Positions 20,264 to 31,600 of a DNA stretch of 64,000 nucleotides are shown here, in pieces. The stretch is from contig OY760175.1 in assembly GCA_963663165.1 (NCBI GenBank), positions 5,248,001-5,312,000 of the forward strand, written 5' to 3'. Made by a program: the position numbers and the translations under genes. Source of the DNA: an uncultured Desulfospira sp. (lineage in GTDB: Bacteria > Desulfobacterota > Desulfobacteria > Desulfobacterales > Desulfobacteraceae). The notes beneath the pieces were generated by a model. The model did not search any database. It was not told where the DNA came from and saw only the letters and a program-made list of their open reading frames with translations. Within the stretch, counting starts at the first letter, position 1. Every line of letters starts with the position of its first letter.

Positions 20264-22669
20264 TTAAATTCCTTCCTTGAACAGATCTTCGGACTCCAGG
20301 AAGGTTTCGGGCATCGGGGTATGTTCTGTGGGGACGGTCCCTTCCTTAAAGCATTCAAAAATGGTTTTCTGGGACGCTTCACTGGGAAGAAGGCCGGTAT
20401 CTGCATCGACTTTGGCAAACACGATGCCCTCAGGAACATTAAAGGTCTGTACCGGCTTGCCTTCCAGGGCATTGGCCATGTATTCCAGCCAGATGGGGCT
20501 TGCCGCCCTGGAGCCGCTTTCTCCCCTGCCCAGCGACTCTTCCTGGTCCAGGCCTACCCAGACGCCGGTGGTATACCGGGGCGTGTATCCCATAAACCAG
20601 GCGTCATAGAGATTATTTGTGGTCCCGGTTTTTCCTGCGGCAGGCCGTTTCAGGGCCTTGACCCGCCACCCGGTGCCGGACTGGACAACGCTTTCCAGAA
20701 GATTGGTCATGATATAGGCCGTACTCATGTCGATGACCTTTTTCCGGACCAGATCCGATGTCTCCAGAAGGTTGCCGTCCCGGTCCAGGATTTTGGTGAT
20801 AAAAACCGGTTCGATCAGATATCCCAGGTTTGAAAATACCGAATAGGCATTGACCAGTTCCAGCAGGGATACACCCGAAGATCCCAGGGCAATGGACAGG
20901 TCCCGTTTGATTTCAGAAGTGACCCCTAATTTGCGGGCATAATCAATGACATAATCAACCCCGATATCTTTTAAAATTTTGATGGTGACAATGTTTCTGG
21001 ATTTAACCAGGGCCTTTCTAAACAGGGTCGGCCCGTAAAATTTTTCATTGTAATTGTGGGGTTTCCAGACAAAATCCCGGCTCTTGTCCTCGTAGATAAT
21101 AGGAGAATCGATGATCACGGATGCTACGGTATACCCCTTGTCCAGGGCCGCGGCATAAATAATGGGCTTGAATGCAGAGCCGGGCTGCCGCCTGGACTGA
21201 TAGGCCCGGTTGAACTGGCTGTCCCTAAAATCCCTTCCCCCGATCATGGCTTTGACATGGCCGGTTTCAGATTCAATGCTTAACAGGGCCGCCTGGACCA
21301 ACGGTTCCTGGTACAATGAAAACTCGTATTCTTTGCCTTCAACAATTTCATTGGCCACCTGGACCTGGATCTGATCCCCTGCCCTGAACACCTGGGAGGG
21401 CTTTTTGACAGCCCCTTTATGGGGACCGACCCGGGGATTGGGTTTTCTGGCCCAGTCCATGGTTTCCAGGGGAATCCGTCCCTGAAAGTTTCCCACCCGG
21501 ACCAGGGTGAATTTTTTCTGGTCATCCACATCCAGAACAACGCCCGGGTAAACCTGTCCTTTTTCAAGCAGGTTTGAACCGATTTCATCGGCAATTTCTT
21601 TGCAGAATGCCTCGATTTGAAGGGCGGGAATATTTTTTGCCGCCCCCCGGTAGCCGGTCCGGCGGTCCAGTTCAATCAAGCCGTTTTTAACGGCGGTCCG
21701 GGCGATCTTCTGAAATTCGATATTGACGGCCGTATGGATTTTAAGTCCCTGGTTGTATAGGGCATCTTCCCCGTATTTTTTTTCTACGTAACGCCTGACA
21801 TGCTCGGTATAGCAGGGTACCCGTTCAATGAACCAATTTTTCCTGGGTTTGATATCGAGCTTGCGGTCAATGGCCTCGGTGACCTCAAGGTTGGTGATCA
21901 TCCCCTCTTCTTTCATCCGGTTAAGGGTGTATATCTGCCGTTGTTTGGCCCGGTCCTTATGCCTGAATGGGGAATATCGGCTCGGTGCCTGGGGAAGGCC
22001 TGCGAGCATGGCACATTCGGCCAGGTTCAGATCCTTGGCATGTTTGCCGAAATAATTTTCCGATGCCGCCTCAACCCCGTAAGCCCCGTGGCCAAGGTAG
22101 ATCTGGTTCAGGTACAAAAATAAAATCTCTTCTTTGGAAAATCTTTTTTCGATCTGGTAGGCTAAGAGGGCCTCTTTGAGTTTTCGTTTGTAGGTTCGTT
22201 CCGGGGTGAGCAAAAATGATTTGGTTACCTGCTGGGTAATGGTAGACCCCCCCTGGACAATGGTTCCGGCCTTAAAATTTTTAATGGACGCCCGGACGAT
22301 GGACTGGATGTCAATGCCGGGATGTTCCATGAACCGTGAGTCTTCTGCCGCCATAAAGGCATTGACCATGTTTTTTGGCATTTCCGATAAGGGAATAACG
22401 ATCCGTCGCTCCTTGTAAAACTCGCCAATTTTTCTGCCGTCATCGGAAAACACACTGGTGACCGTTGCCGGCCGGTAATCCGCCAAGGTATTTATTTTTG
22501 GCAGATCCTGGCTTAAATAGAAAAAAAGAAGGGCCACCCCTGTACAGGCCAGAATGGTCAACAGGATGAACAGTGCAATGCCCCACTTTAATAAAGCCAT
22601 CAAAAAACGGGGCCCTTTTTTCTTGCCCCGTTTTTTTAATACCTGGGATTTTGTTTTTTTATCGGTCAT
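20264..22669 (-). CDS. mrcA: Penicillin-binding protein 1A
   Basis: EDSRF, GGSTITQQ, RQPGSAFKP, KTGT; OB-like insertion. Confidence 0.95.
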   Translation of the reverse strand: MTDKKTKSQVLKKRGKKKGPRFLMALLKWGIALFILLTILACTGVALLFFYLSQDLPKINTLADYRPATVTSVFSDDGRKIGEFYKERRIVIPLSEMPKNMVNAFMAAEDSRFMEHPGIDIQSIVRASIKNFKAGTIVQGGSTITQQVTKSFLLTPERTYKRKLKEALLAYQIEKRFSKEEILFLYLNQIYLGHGAYGVEAASENYFGKHAKDLNLAECAMLAGLPQAPSRYSPFRHKDRAKQRQIYTLNRMKEEGMITNLEVTEAIDRKLDIKPRKNWFIERVPCYTEHVRRYVEKKYGEDALYNQGLKIHTAVNIEFQKIARTAVKNGLIELDRRTGYRGAAKNIPALQIEAFCKEIADEIGSNLLEKGQVYPGVVLDVDDQKKFTLVRVGNFQGRIPLETMDWARKPNPRVGPHKGAVKKPSQVFRAGDQIQVQVANEIVEGKEYEFSLYQEPLVQAALLSIESETGHVKAMIGGRDFRDSQFNRAYQSRRQPGSAFKPIIYAAALDKGYTVASVIIDSPIIYEDKSRDFVWKPHNYNEKFYGPTLFRKALVKSRNIVTIKILKDIGVDYVIDYARKLGVTSEIKRDLSIALGSSGVSLLELVNAYSVFSNLGYLIEPVFITKILDRDGNLLETSDLVRKKVIDMSTAYIMTNLLESVVQSGTGWRVKALKRPAAGKTGTTNNLYDAWFMGYTPRYTTGVWVGLDQEESLGRGESGSRAASPIWLEYMANALEGKPVQTFNVPEGIVFAKVDADTGLLPSEASQKTIFECFKEGTVPTEHTPMPETFLESEDLFKEGI

Positions 22670-22959
22670 TGGATTTTTGTTTGAAAGCTGTTAGCTGTTG
22701 GCCTTTAGCTGTCTGCCATCAGCCTTTAGCGGGGCCGGTGCAGCCCAAAAGCAAAGTTCTGATGGCTTTCAATCGTTAATTATGGACGAAGCGGGTTCCA
22801 AAACCCTAAGCCGTCCGTGACGGTTTATTTAAAATGCATTAGGTTTTTATCAAATTGCTCTTATAAAGGCAATAGAAGAGAATGAAGGTTGACTTTTTCA
22901 AGGATACCGGGTAATTATATCACTTTTATTATGCGCTTGAATGAGGAAAGAAAATTGCC

Positions 22960-23334
22960 ATGATATCACTTGATTTTAAAAAAACAGGGGGCCTGATTCC
23001 AGCCATTGCCCAAGACTGGGAGACTGGAGAGGTCCTGATGCTGGCTTATATGAACGAGGCATCCTTTAATGAGACGCTTAAGTCCGGCACCGCAGTTTAT
23101 TTCAGCCGGTCCCGGAACAGTTTATGGAAAAAGGGTGAGACCTCGGGCCATGTTCAGGTGGTCAAAGAGATCCGGGTGGACTGCGACCGGGATACGGTGC
23201 TACTCAAGGTTTATCAGAAAGGCGGGGCCGCATGCCACAAGGGATATAAAAGCTGTTTTTATTCAAAAGTGAACGGTGATGAATTGGAAATTACCCAATC
23301 CAAGGTGTTTAATCCTGAAGAGGTTTATAAATAG
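22960..23334 (+). CDS. hisI: Phosphoribosyl-AMP cyclohydrolase
   Basis: [24 protein letters not shown]. Confidence 0.95.
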   Translation: MISLDFKKTGGLIPAIAQDWETGEVLMLAYMNEASFNETLKSGTAVYFSRSRNSLWKKGETSGHVQVVKEIRVDCDRDTVLLKVYQKGGAACHKGYKSCFYSKVNGDELEITQSKVFNPEEVYK

Positions 23335-23347
23335 AGGTAAATAAATA

Positions 23348-24223
23348 ATGGAGAAGATTCTCAAGCTGGGCATTCCCAAGGGCAGCCTGCAGAACGCAAC
23401 CATCAATCTGTTTAAACGGTCCGGGTGGCAGATTAATGTGGAAGGCAGAAGCTATTTCCCGGACATCAATGATCCGAGCATCGAATGTGCCCTGTGCCGG
23501 GCCCAGGAGATGTCCATTAACGTAGAAAGCGGTGTGATAGATGCCGGGCTGACCGGCCTGGACTGGATAGCCGAACATGAGTCTGATGTTCATGTGGTGG
23601 CGGACCTGGTGTATTCAAAGGTAAGTGCAAGGCCTGCCCGATGGGTGATTGCCGTGGCCGGGGATTCCCCGGTTGAAAAAGTCGAAGACCTTGAGGGCAT
23701 GACCATTTCAACAGAGCTGGTCCAGTTTACCCGGCGGTTTTTTAAGGAAAGAAACGTCAACGTCAACGTCAAGTTTTCCTGGGGGGCCACAGAGGCCAAA
23801 ATTGTGTCAGGCCTGGCCGATGCCATTGTGGAAATCACGGAAACCGAAAGCACCATCCGGGCCCATAACCTCAAGGTGATCCATGAGGTCATGCAGACCA
23901 ACACCCAGCTGATCGCCAACAAGACCGCCTGGAAAAATTCTCAGAAACGGGAAAAAATCGAGCAGATCGCCATGCTTCTCAAAGGGGCCCTGGTGGCGGA
24001 AAAAATGGTCGGGATCAAGATGAACGTGCCCAAGGACAAGCTGTCGGACATTGTGAACCTGCTGCCCAGCCTGAACGCTCCAACCATTGCCTCCCTGTAC
24101 CAGTCGGACTGGTATTCGGTTGAGAGCATTATTGATACCGGGTATGTCCGGGATTTGATCCCCAATCTTCTCAAAGAGGGGGCGGAGGGGATTATAGAAT
24201 ACCCCCTAAACAAAGTACTTTGA
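23348..24223 (+). CDS. hisG: ATP phosphoribosyltransferase (long form)
   Basis: GIPKGSL, FSWGATE, C-terminal regulatory domain. Confidence 0.95.
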   Translation: MEKILKLGIPKGSLQNATINLFKRSGWQINVEGRSYFPDINDPSIECALCRAQEMSINVESGVIDAGLTGLDWIAEHESDVHVVADLVYSKVSARPARWVIAVAGDSPVEKVEDLEGMTISTELVQFTRRFFKERNVNVNVKFSWGATEAKIVSGLADAIVEITETESTIRAHNLKVIHEVMQTNTQLIANKTAWKNSQKREKIEQIAMLLKGALVAEKMVGIKMNVPKDKLSDIVNLLPSLNAPTIASLYQSDWYSVESIIDTGYVRDLIPNLLKEGAEGIIEYPLNKVL

Positions 24224-24227
24224 CGTG

Positions 24228-24358
24228 GTGTTTGAACGAATAATCACCCATCTGCTGCGTTGCAGAAAAATTTGCAATCCTCACAACCCCCGGGTTGCTC
24301 CGGTTACAAATTTTTCTACGCCTTGCATCTGGGCAATTCTTCGTCCAAACACGGGTTA
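24228..24358 (+). repeat. Structured repeat family B copy
   Basis: GTGTTTGAACG...CTGCGTT-stem-AATCCTC..CTCCGGTT-stem-CGCCTTG...CGTCCAAACAC. Confidence 0.85.
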
Positions 24359-24457
24359 TCTGCTATGCGCAATTTTGGTGTTAATTAACAATAAGCAGTT
24401 AGTGCTAAAGGCTAAAAGCTGAAGGCTAAAAGCTTTCCACAACGAGGTGACTTAAGA

Positions 24458-25612
24458 ATGAAGCCGGCTGATCGGTGCGGGAACATAACCCCTTTTATGG
24501 TGATGGAGGTGCTGGAGAAAATCCAGAAGATGGAGGCTCAGGGGATAGATGTGGTTCACATGGAAATCGGGGAACCTGATTTTGATGTGCCCGAATGTGT
24601 GAACCAGGCCAGTATTGAGGCCATCAAAAGAGGGGAAACCCACTATACCCACAGCTTAGGGGACATCCGGCTGCGCCAGGCCATTTGCGCTTACCACAAA
24701 AAAACATACGGGGTTGATGTGGACCCGGGCCGGATCCTGGTGACTTCAGGAACGTCCCCTGCCATGCTGCTGGTGTTCTCAGCCCTGGTCAACCCAGGGG
24801 ATGAAATTATTATTTCAGACCCCCACTATGCCTGTTATGAAAATTTTGTTCAGTATACCCAGGGAGTTCCGGTGCTGGTGCCTGTGTTTGAGGAAAACGG
24901 GTTTGTCTATACGCCCGAAGCTATCCGGGAAAAAATAACCCCCCGGACAAAGGCCATTTTTATCAACTCTCCATCCAATCCAACGGGAAACGTAATTCCT
25001 GATGAACGGATGACCCAGATCGTTGAAGTGGCCCGGGAGTACGACCTTTATATTATTTCCGATGAGATTTACCATGGCCTGACCTACGAGGGAACAGATC
25101 ATTGCATTCTTGAGTATACCGACAAGGCCTTTGTGCTCAACGGGTTTTCAAAACTGTTTGCCATGACCGGCCTTCGGCTGGGGTATGTGATTGCGCCGCC
25201 TGAGTTTATCCGGGCCCTTCAGGTGCTGCAGCAGAATTTTTTCATCTGCGCCAACTCCGTGGCCCAGTTTGCCGGGGTGGCAGCCCTGACCGGTTCGGAT
25301 AAAGAAACCGCCCGGATGCGGGAAACGTACAACACCCGCAGAAAATACATGATCAAGCGGCTCAAGGAGCTGGGGTTAGGGATCAGCGTGGAGCCTACCG
25401 GGGCGTTTTATGTGTTTGCCAATGTCAAGCACATTTCAATGGATTCCTATAACCTGGCCTTTGATATTCTGGACAAGGCCCATATCGGGGTTACCCCGGG
25501 CATTGATTTCGGGGCCAACGGGGAAGGGTATCTGCGGTTTTCTTATGCCAACTCTCTGGAAAACCTGACCATTGGGCTGGACCGGCTTGAAGCCTATCTG
25601 AAAAACGGATGA
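24458..25612 (+). CDS. PLP-dependent aminotransferase class I/II
   Basis: NSPSNPTG, SDEIYHG, FSKLFAMTGLRLG. Confidence 0.93.
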   Translation: MKPADRCGNITPFMVMEVLEKIQKMEAQGIDVVHMEIGEPDFDVPECVNQASIEAIKRGETHYTHSLGDIRLRQAICAYHKKTYGVDVDPGRILVTSGTSPAMLLVFSALVNPGDEIIISDPHYACYENFVQYTQGVPVLVPVFEENGFVYTPEAIREKITPRTKAIFINSPSNPTGNVIPDERMTQIVEVAREYDLYIISDEIYHGLTYEGTDHCILEYTDKAFVLNGFSKLFAMTGLRLGYVIAPPEFIRALQVLQQNFFICANSVAQFAGVAALTGSDKETARMRETYNTRRKYMIKRLKELGLGISVEPTGAFYVFANVKHISMDSYNLAFDILDKAHIGVTPGIDFGANGEGYLRFSYANSLENLTIGLDRLEAYLKNG

Positions 25613-25626
25613 AGGCTAAAGGATAA

Positions 25627-26235
25627 ATGATGAAAGGCGGTATCGAGATTAAGACCGTTGAATTTTTAAAAAGCGCGGTCAAGCCATCCCAGTATCCGGA
25701 ACACGAATTCCCGGAAATCGCCTTTGCCGGCCGCTCCAACGTGGGGAAATCTTCCCTGGTCAATACCCTGGTCAGGCGAAAGGATCTGGTCAAGACCAGC
25801 TCGAAGCCCGGGTGTACCCGGCTGATTAATTTTTTTCTGGTCAATGAAAGCGTCTGTTTTGTGGACCTGCCGGGGTACGGGTATGCCAAGGTTTCCAAAA
25901 AAATTCGCGCCCAGTGGCAGCCCATGGTGGAGCGATACCTTTCCGGGCGGGAAAATCTTTACGGATTGATTCTGCTCATTGATATTCGCCGTGATCCGGG
26001 ACAAGAAGAGCTTGACCTGGCCAACTGGCTGACCAGCCACGCCATGCCCTTTCTGGTGGTGCTGACCAAGGCGGATAAATTGTCAAAGACCCAGCAGACC
26101 AAGCGGATGAACGCCATTTGTTCCCAGCTGAGCCGGGATAAAAACGGGGTGATCCTGTTTTCTTCCAAGACCCGCCAGGGCAGGGAAACCGTTTTGGATG
26201 AAATTTCAAACCTTATAGAATGGTACGAGGGATAA
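25627..26235 (+). CDS. engB: Ribosome biogenesis GTPase YihA/EngB
   Basis: GRSNVGKSS, DLPGYGYA, TKAD. Confidence 0.95.
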   Translation: MMKGGIEIKTVEFLKSAVKPSQYPEHEFPEIAFAGRSNVGKSSLVNTLVRRKDLVKTSSKPGCTRLINFFLVNESVCFVDLPGYGYAKVSKKIRAQWQPMVERYLSGRENLYGLILLIDIRRDPGQEELDLANWLTSHAMPFLVVLTKADKLSKTQQTKRMNAICSQLSRDKNGVILFSSKTRQGRETVLDEISNLIEWYEG

Positions 26236-26238
26236 GGG

Positions 26239-27114
26239 ATGCATTCGGGATTTGTCGGCATCATTGGCGCGCCCAATGCGGGAAAATCCACCCTGCTTAA
26301 CCAGGTGCTGGGACAGAAAATTTCCATCACATCCCAAAAACCCCAGACCACCCGGGACCGGATTTTAGGGGTCGTAAACCGGCCCGAATCCCAGATTATC
26401 TTTGTGGACACCCCGGGAATTCACAAGGCCACCAGTTTGCTCAACCAGAGGATCGTCGATCAGGCCGTGTCTGCCCTTGAAGACGTAGATTTGATTTTGC
26501 TGGTGGTTGACGCCGTATCCCGGAATTATTCATCGGAGAAATTTATTTTGTCCCGGCTCGCCAAAGCCGCCAAACCGGTCATTCTGGCGCTGAACAAAAT
26601 TGACCTTGCCAAAAAGGCCGATGTGTTTGAGTTGGCGCGAAAATTTCAGGAATTGTTTGAATTCAAATCTGTTATTCCCATATCGGCCAGGGAAAATGTC
26701 CAGGTGGAAACCCTGCTCAACGAGGTTGAGGCAGGCCTGCCTGAAGGGCCCATGCTGTTCCCGGAAGATACCCTTACCGATGTTTCCGAAAAATTTATGG
26801 TTAAAGAAATCATCCGGGAAAAGGTGTTTCGCCTGACCGGGATGGAGATCCCTTACTCATCTGCCGTGACCGTGGATGCATTTGAGGTGGAAAAAAAGCT
26901 GATTGTGATCCATGCCAGTATCCATGTGGAAAGAAATTCACAAAAGGGCATCATTATCGGGAAGAAAGGGACCATGCTCACCCGGATCGGCTCTGCCGCC
27001 AGAAAGGATATGGAGCCCATGCTCGGGTCTAAGGTGCTGCTAAAGCTTTTTGTCAAGGTTTCGAAAGACTGGGTGGGGAATGCAAGGTTACTAAACGAAT
27101 TCGGCTACAAATAA
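26239..27114 (+). CDS. era: GTPase Era
   Basis: GAPNAGKST, PQTTR, DTPG, NKID, KH domain. Confidence 0.96.
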   Translation: MHSGFVGIIGAPNAGKSTLLNQVLGQKISITSQKPQTTRDRILGVVNRPESQIIFVDTPGIHKATSLLNQRIVDQAVSALEDVDLILLVVDAVSRNYSSEKFILSRLAKAAKPVILALNKIDLAKKADVFELARKFQELFEFKSVIPISARENVQVETLLNEVEAGLPEGPMLFPEDTLTDVSEKFMVKEIIREKVFRLTGMEIPYSSAVTVDAFEVEKKLIVIHASIHVERNSQKGIIIGKKGTMLTRIGSAARKDMEPMLGSKVLLKLFVKVSKDWVGNARLLNEFGYK

Positions 27115-27120
27115 CGATGG

Positions 27121-27244
27121 GAAAAACGTCCAATTTTGCCCAATTTCTGCGTTGGAAGAAAATTTTAATCCTCGGAATACTCACGGTATGCCTCCGGTTA
27201 AAATTTTCTTCCGCCTTGAACTTGAACAAAATTGAACGTTTTTC
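27121..27244 (+). repeat. Structured repeat family B, divergent copy
   Basis: Same CTGCGTT/AATCCTC/CTCCGGTT/CGCCTTG motifs with different but complementary stems. Confidence 0.75.
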
Positions 27245-27308
27245 TTCGAGGCTTTGAAGTAACAGCCAACAGCTAACAGCTAAAAGCTTAAAAGGGAATA
27301 ATCTGACA

Positions 27309-27632
27309 GTGTCATCTAAGGGCAGGCAGGAACGGTTTCCGAGTTTCGGGGACGAATCTGCCATTAAGAGGGAACGGGATAAGGCAAGGAAGCTGCGGGC
27401 AAGTCAGTGGTGGAAGCGGAAGCGGTCTGCCGGCATTTGCCATTATTGCGGGAAGACCTTTCCACCGGCAGAGCTGACCATGGATCATGCCATTCCCCTG
27501 GCCCGGGGCGGCCGGTCTGAAAAGTTTAACCTGGTCCCCTGCTGCAAGGAATGCAATACCCAGAAACAGCGCCTGCTTCCCTATGAATGGGAGGCGTATA
27601 TGGAATCGTTAACAAAACAGGGGGAAGAATAA
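27309..27632 (+). CDS. Small HNH endonuclease
   Basis: CHYCG...DHAIPLARGG...NLVPCCKECN. Confidence 0.9.
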   Translation: MSSKGRQERFPSFGDESAIKRERDKARKLRASQWWKRKRSAGICHYCGKTFPPAELTMDHAIPLARGGRSEKFNLVPCCKECNTQKQRLLPYEWEAYMESLTKQGEE

Positions 27633-27648
27633 ATTCTTCCCCCTGTTT
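27615..27648. terminator. Bidirectional terminator
   Basis: AAACAGGGGGAAGAAT/ATTCTTCCCCCTGTTT between convergent genes. Confidence 0.8.
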
Positions 27649-27681
27649 GAATTTGGAACAATCTAACGTTCAAACATCATT

Positions 27682-28470
27682 TTATTTTTTGCTGCACAGC
27701 CTGTGAACGGTTTGCGCATGCCATTCGCCACGGCCGGAAAAGGTGGGTTGCCCCAGGTCAATCAGCCGTTTGGCAACCTGATCAAAGGTCGCGCCCTGGT
27801 CCCGCATGGTATAGATAATATCCATGACTTCATCCCGGCCCATCAACTCTGCACTGTTCTCGGCAGGGGTGTTATCAGGGATTTTAATTTTCCGCACAGC
27901 GGTGTTTTTTCTTCTGCGCAGCACCTGTTTCGTTTTTTGGGGCTGGGGAGCTGCAAATAGGCTGGCCGGTGTTTCTTCTACCGGTTCGCGCTCGTCTTCA
28001 ATAGCTTCCGGTTCTTCCTCATAGACCTCTTCCTGGGAGCTGGAGTAGTGGTTTGCAAATTCAGGAGCGGAATCGGTTTCCGCTAACAGGGGCATGTTGA
28101 GGTGATTGACAATCCTTTCAACAGCAATGGCCAGCCGTTCAAGATTCTCAGCTGTCCGGTCCTGGATGCTGGCCATATATTCCTGGGTCCTGACAAGGGT
28201 CTCAACATGGGAGGCCAGGTTTTCAATGGTATCGGCAAGCAACGCAGTTTCTTCAATGGGCATTTCGTTGCCTCCCTGATGGGGCGCGGCAGGTGGCGAC
28301 TGCCGTTTCATGGGCGGCTGGGGGGGCCTGTTGTAAGGATTGCTCCCATAGGGATGAAATCTCGGGCTGCTGGTGTGATGATAAGGATTATTATCGTAAG
28401 TTTTTCTCGTTTTCTGGGTCCTCTGTTTTTCAGCTTGTCCGTTACGCAAGCTTTGCAGGAAATCGTTCAT
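27682..28470 (-). CDS. Hypothetical protein with coiled coil, low-complexity linker and C-terminal recombinase-like HTH
   Basis: GGAGG RBS; GATFDQVAKRL..TFSGRGEWHAQTVHRL. Confidence 0.75.
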   Translation of the reverse strand: MNDFLQSLRNGQAEKQRTQKTRKTYDNNPYHHTSSPRFHPYGSNPYNRPPQPPMKRQSPPAAPHQGGNEMPIEETALLADTIENLASHVETLVRTQEYMASIQDRTAENLERLAIAVERIVNHLNMPLLAETDSAPEFANHYSSSQEEVYEEEPEAIEDEREPVEETPASLFAAPQPQKTKQVLRRRKNTAVRKIKIPDNTPAENSAELMGRDEVMDIIYTMRDQGATFDQVAKRLIDLGQPTFSGRGEWHAQTVHRLCSKK

Positions 28471-28786
28471 ATTATGTATATCCTCCTTGGGAATTTAAAC
28501 TCACCCGACAGACAATATTATAGGTGAGGATTGTTTCCTTGCTATTCCAATTCTTTTTATAAATAGGGGGGGGTAAATCGGTAAACTTTTTAAAAACGCC
28601 CCTTGAAAAATGTTGGTAGTTATCAGCTTTTTTTCGGTACTTGTCAAGAATTTTTTTTTGACGATTTTGGTAAACGGCAAGGGGATGGATGGCGAAGGCG
28701 GTTTGCTGAAGCGCTCTAAGTTGTAAATCCAGAGTCTTTGTGATATTTTTCAGTCCTTCAATAACATTTAATAATAAGGATTTAAA

Positions 28787-29203
28787 ATGGTTGAGAATAA
28801 AAATTACACGGTTCCCTTTAAAATTGATTCCCCGGATGTGGTCCGTGCAGACCTGCTTGAACCCATTGAATATGCTTATAAATCCAAACGAAGCATTGAT
28901 ATCAGGATTACCCAGCCCGAATACACATCGGTCTGCCCCATGACCGGCCTTCCGGATAATGGGTGCATTATGATTGAATACCGGCCGGACCAGTATATTG
29001 TGGAGCTGAAATCCCTGAAATATTACCTGCTTCAGTACCGGAACGTGGGGATGTTCTATGAACACGTTGTCAACAAGATCCTTGACGATCTGGTTCAAAG
29101 AATTCAGCCGTTGAGCATGAAAGTCACCGGGGAATTCACCCCCAGGGGCGGGATCAGTTCCCTTGCGACTGCGATATATGAAAAAAATGATGTCGTATCA
29201 TGA
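28787..29203 (+). CDS. queF: preQ1 synthase (7-cyano-7-deazaguanine reductase)
   Basis: EYTSVCPMTGLPD, VELKSLKYY, FTPRGGI. Confidence 0.95.
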   Translation: MVENKNYTVPFKIDSPDVVRADLLEPIEYAYKSKRSIDIRITQPEYTSVCPMTGLPDNGCIMIEYRPDQYIVELKSLKYYLLQYRNVGMFYEHVVNKILDDLVQRIQPLSMKVTGEFTPRGGISSLATAIYEKNDVVS

Positions 29204-29243
29204 ATACTTTTCATGATACCACTCGATTTATAAAATTTCGGTC

Positions 29244-30224
29244 CTAAGCGTCCCGCTGATTTGAAAGTTCCTGTTCAAAAGCGTGTATCAAATCGAGGGC
29301 ATGGTTCAACGATTGGATTGAAGACAGCCGGTGCCTGAAAGCCGAACAGCCCGGCATCCCCCTGACAAACCAGGACAGCCTGCCCCTGAGCATTTTACAG
29401 GCAGGCTCCTGCCCAAAATAGGCCACGGTTTCCCGGGCAAGATTTTCCATGGCGCGAAAGATTTCCCCCCTGCCCGGACGCGGGTAAGCCCCGGTAGACA
29501 GGAAATCGTCAATCTGTGACAACAAAAAGGGGTTCGCCATGGCTGCCCTTCCCACCATCACGGCGTCACATCCGGTCTGGGAAATCATCCTGCGGGCATC
29601 TTCAGCGCAAAGAATATCCCCATTTCCGATCACCGGGATCGACACGGTTTCCTTTATTTTACGGATGATATCCCAGTCGGCTTTTCCCCGGAACGCCTGG
29701 GTTGCGGTCCGGGGGTGTACGATGATGGCATTCACCCCCTGATCCTGGGCCATGAGCGACAGGTCCCTGGCCTGAATTCCGGATTTGTCCCACCCGGACC
29801 TTATTTTAATGGTAAAGGGCAGGGTTGTGGCCTTTCGTACAGCCCTGATAATATCCCGGGCAAGGCCCGGTTCCTTCATAAGGGCAACACCGGCCCCCTG
29901 TTTAATCACTTTTTTAACGCTGCACCCAAAGTTGATGTCAATGATATCGGCATGGCCGGTCTGCTCCACTGCCCTTGCCGCAAAGGCCATGGATTCAGGG
30001 TCAGCTCCGAAAATCTGGATGGAAAAGGGCGTTTCATCCTCACTGGTATCCATAAGGACCCGGGTTTTCTTAGAATCGTAAAAAAGGCCTTTGGCGCTGA
30101 TCATCTCAGAGCAGACCACGCTGCACCCATACCCTTTGACCAGGCGCCTGAAGGGCCGGTTGGTGATGCCGGCCAACGGGGCCAGAAAGGTTTTTCCGGT
30201 GATGGTTAAATGGTGTATGTTCAT
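29244..30224 (-). CDS. dusB: tRNA-dihydrouridine synthase B
   Basis: LAPLAG, DINFGC, KIRSGW, HPRT, GNGD, GRA. Confidence 0.9.
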   Translation of the reverse strand: MNIHHLTITGKTFLAPLAGITNRPFRRLVKGYGCSVVCSEMISAKGLFYDSKKTRVLMDTSEDETPFSIQIFGADPESMAFAARAVEQTGHADIIDINFGCSVKKVIKQGAGVALMKEPGLARDIIRAVRKATTLPFTIKIRSGWDKSGIQARDLSLMAQDQGVNAIIVHPRTATQAFRGKADWDIIRKIKETVSIPVIGNGDILCAEDARRMISQTGCDAVMVGRAAMANPFLLSQIDDFLSTGAYPRPGRGEIFRAMENLARETVAYFGQEPACKMLRGRLSWFVRGMPGCSAFRHRLSSIQSLNHALDLIHAFEQELSNQRDA

Positions 30225-31153
30225 TGGACTTTAGATTGTTTTATGGCCATGTCCCTGCCGGTATTGGCGTAACAGAACAGGCAGTTGTGGTAACAGGGAT
30301 GGTCCTCATAGGACCCAACGTCAATTGATCTTCTACACCGGCACCCTTTTTTGTATCGCTGGCCGTAATCCCTTCCTAGGTCTAACTCACCGCCATGAAT
30401 TTCTTTTAACAGGGGACCGTCAATACAGGCATTTTCTTTTATCCCGCTTACCCCTTTCTTTTCAGCAGCCTGAAACAGATCCGGTTCACAGCAAAGAAAA
30501 AGCCCGATGTTTAACGGTTCAAGAACGGCGGCCATCCGCTGGATAACGGTGATTTTTGTTTCAAGGCCCGGCTCCATAAATTGAATGTCAGCGGCATCAC
30601 TGCCCCTGGCATGCCGGATCCGGTTTTCAACCTTTTTATAGGGATCGTAAAAACTGGTCACGCATTTGGGGATTTTTAATTTTGCGGCAAACCGGGCGAT
30701 AGCCGGAAAGTCTTCAAGATTGTTGTGGATGTTCCCCCGGCAGTCTTTAAAAAAACAGACCGGGTCAAACCGCCAGGCGATTTGCCGGGGATCATACCGG
30801 TCCGCCAACAGGGCAAGTTGTTCTAAACGGCTCTCAAGACAGGGGATGAGGGGTTCGAGAACAGGGGCGGTCGAGTTGATGGTGAAGTTAAAATACAGTT
30901 TATAGCCCAGGTTCGTCAGGGTCTGATCCGCCTTTAGATCCAGAAAAGGGGCGTAGTTTTTAGACCAGAGGACAATGGAATGAATTTTGTCGGGGGAAAC
31001 CGGGACAGTCCGGACTTTTCGGGTATAAGGATTTTTAATGTTAAACCGCCCCTTTTGAATCCGGTCCAGAAACCAGGGGGTATACCATCCCGGGATGTCG
31101 GTCCGCCTGGATGCAGACAGTATCCTTGGTTTTTCCCTGCCGGTATCAGTCAT
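30221..31153 (-). CDS. DUF1848-family protein
   Basis: [21 protein letters not shown]...[10 protein letters not shown]. Confidence 0.85.
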   Translation of the reverse strand: MTDTGREKPRILSASRRTDIPGWYTPWFLDRIQKGRFNIKNPYTRKVRTVPVSPDKIHSIVLWSKNYAPFLDLKADQTLTNLGYKLYFNFTINSTAPVLEPLIPCLESRLEQLALLADRYDPRQIAWRFDPVCFFKDCRGNIHNNLEDFPAIARFAAKLKIPKCVTSFYDPYKKVENRIRHARGSDAADIQFMEPGLETKITVIQRMAAVLEPLNIGLFLCCEPDLFQAAEKKGVSGIKENACIDGPLLKEIHGGELDLGRDYGQRYKKGCRCRRSIDVGSYEDHPCYHNCLFCYANTGRDMAIKQSKVQ

Positions 31154-31532
31154 CCTTTTTTTGGAAATCTGAAAACGAGATCACCTTGCCGGTTTCCCGG
31201 GAAGGGCTTTTGGCCGGGGCATCCGGCTGGGAAGAGGGGGAGTTTTCAGACTGGTTTTTTCTGTCGGTCCGGGGGATCTGGGCCAGGGAACGGTCTTCCA
31301 CGGGGCAGACCACTTTTTCAAGGCGCATTTTTTTCTGGTTCATGAAAAATTCCTCGCCGTTGATATATTCTTCTTTTAATATCCAGACAACGGCTTGGAG
31401 GGGTATTTGAAGCATGAGCAGTTTGATCTGGAACCAGCCTTTTTTGTGATCCGGAAGAATACTTTCCACCCGGGCAAAGAAAACAGGGGCGTCTTCCAGG
31501 TAAATCAGTACAATGTCATTGGGTTTTGCCAT
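31146..31532 (-). CDS. Conserved hypothetical protein
   Basis: GAGG RBS; 3' end overlaps the next gene. Confidence 0.75.
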   Translation of the reverse strand: MAKPNDIVLIYLEDAPVFFARVESILPDHKKGWFQIKLLMLQIPLQAVVWILKEEYINGEEFFMNQKKMRLEKVVCPVEDRSLAQIPRTDRKNQSENSPSSQPDAPAKSPSRETGKVISFSDFQKKDD

Positions 31533-31600
31533 GTGTCCTCTATATTTTTCTTGTTACCAGGCCAGATATATCATAATCTTTGGCACAAGGAGACTGCAAA

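Noticed and set aside
27309..27632. HNH nuclease as a defence or homing system
   Set aside because: Standalone small HNH in a housekeeping context with no methylase, ATPase or intron nearby.
28480..28786. preQ1 riboswitch upstream of queF
   Set aside because: No recognisable preQ1 aptamer consensus.
31580..31598. Sigma54 promoter TGGCAC...TGC
   Set aside because: GG-to-GC spacing is two bases too long and it overlaps the RBS.
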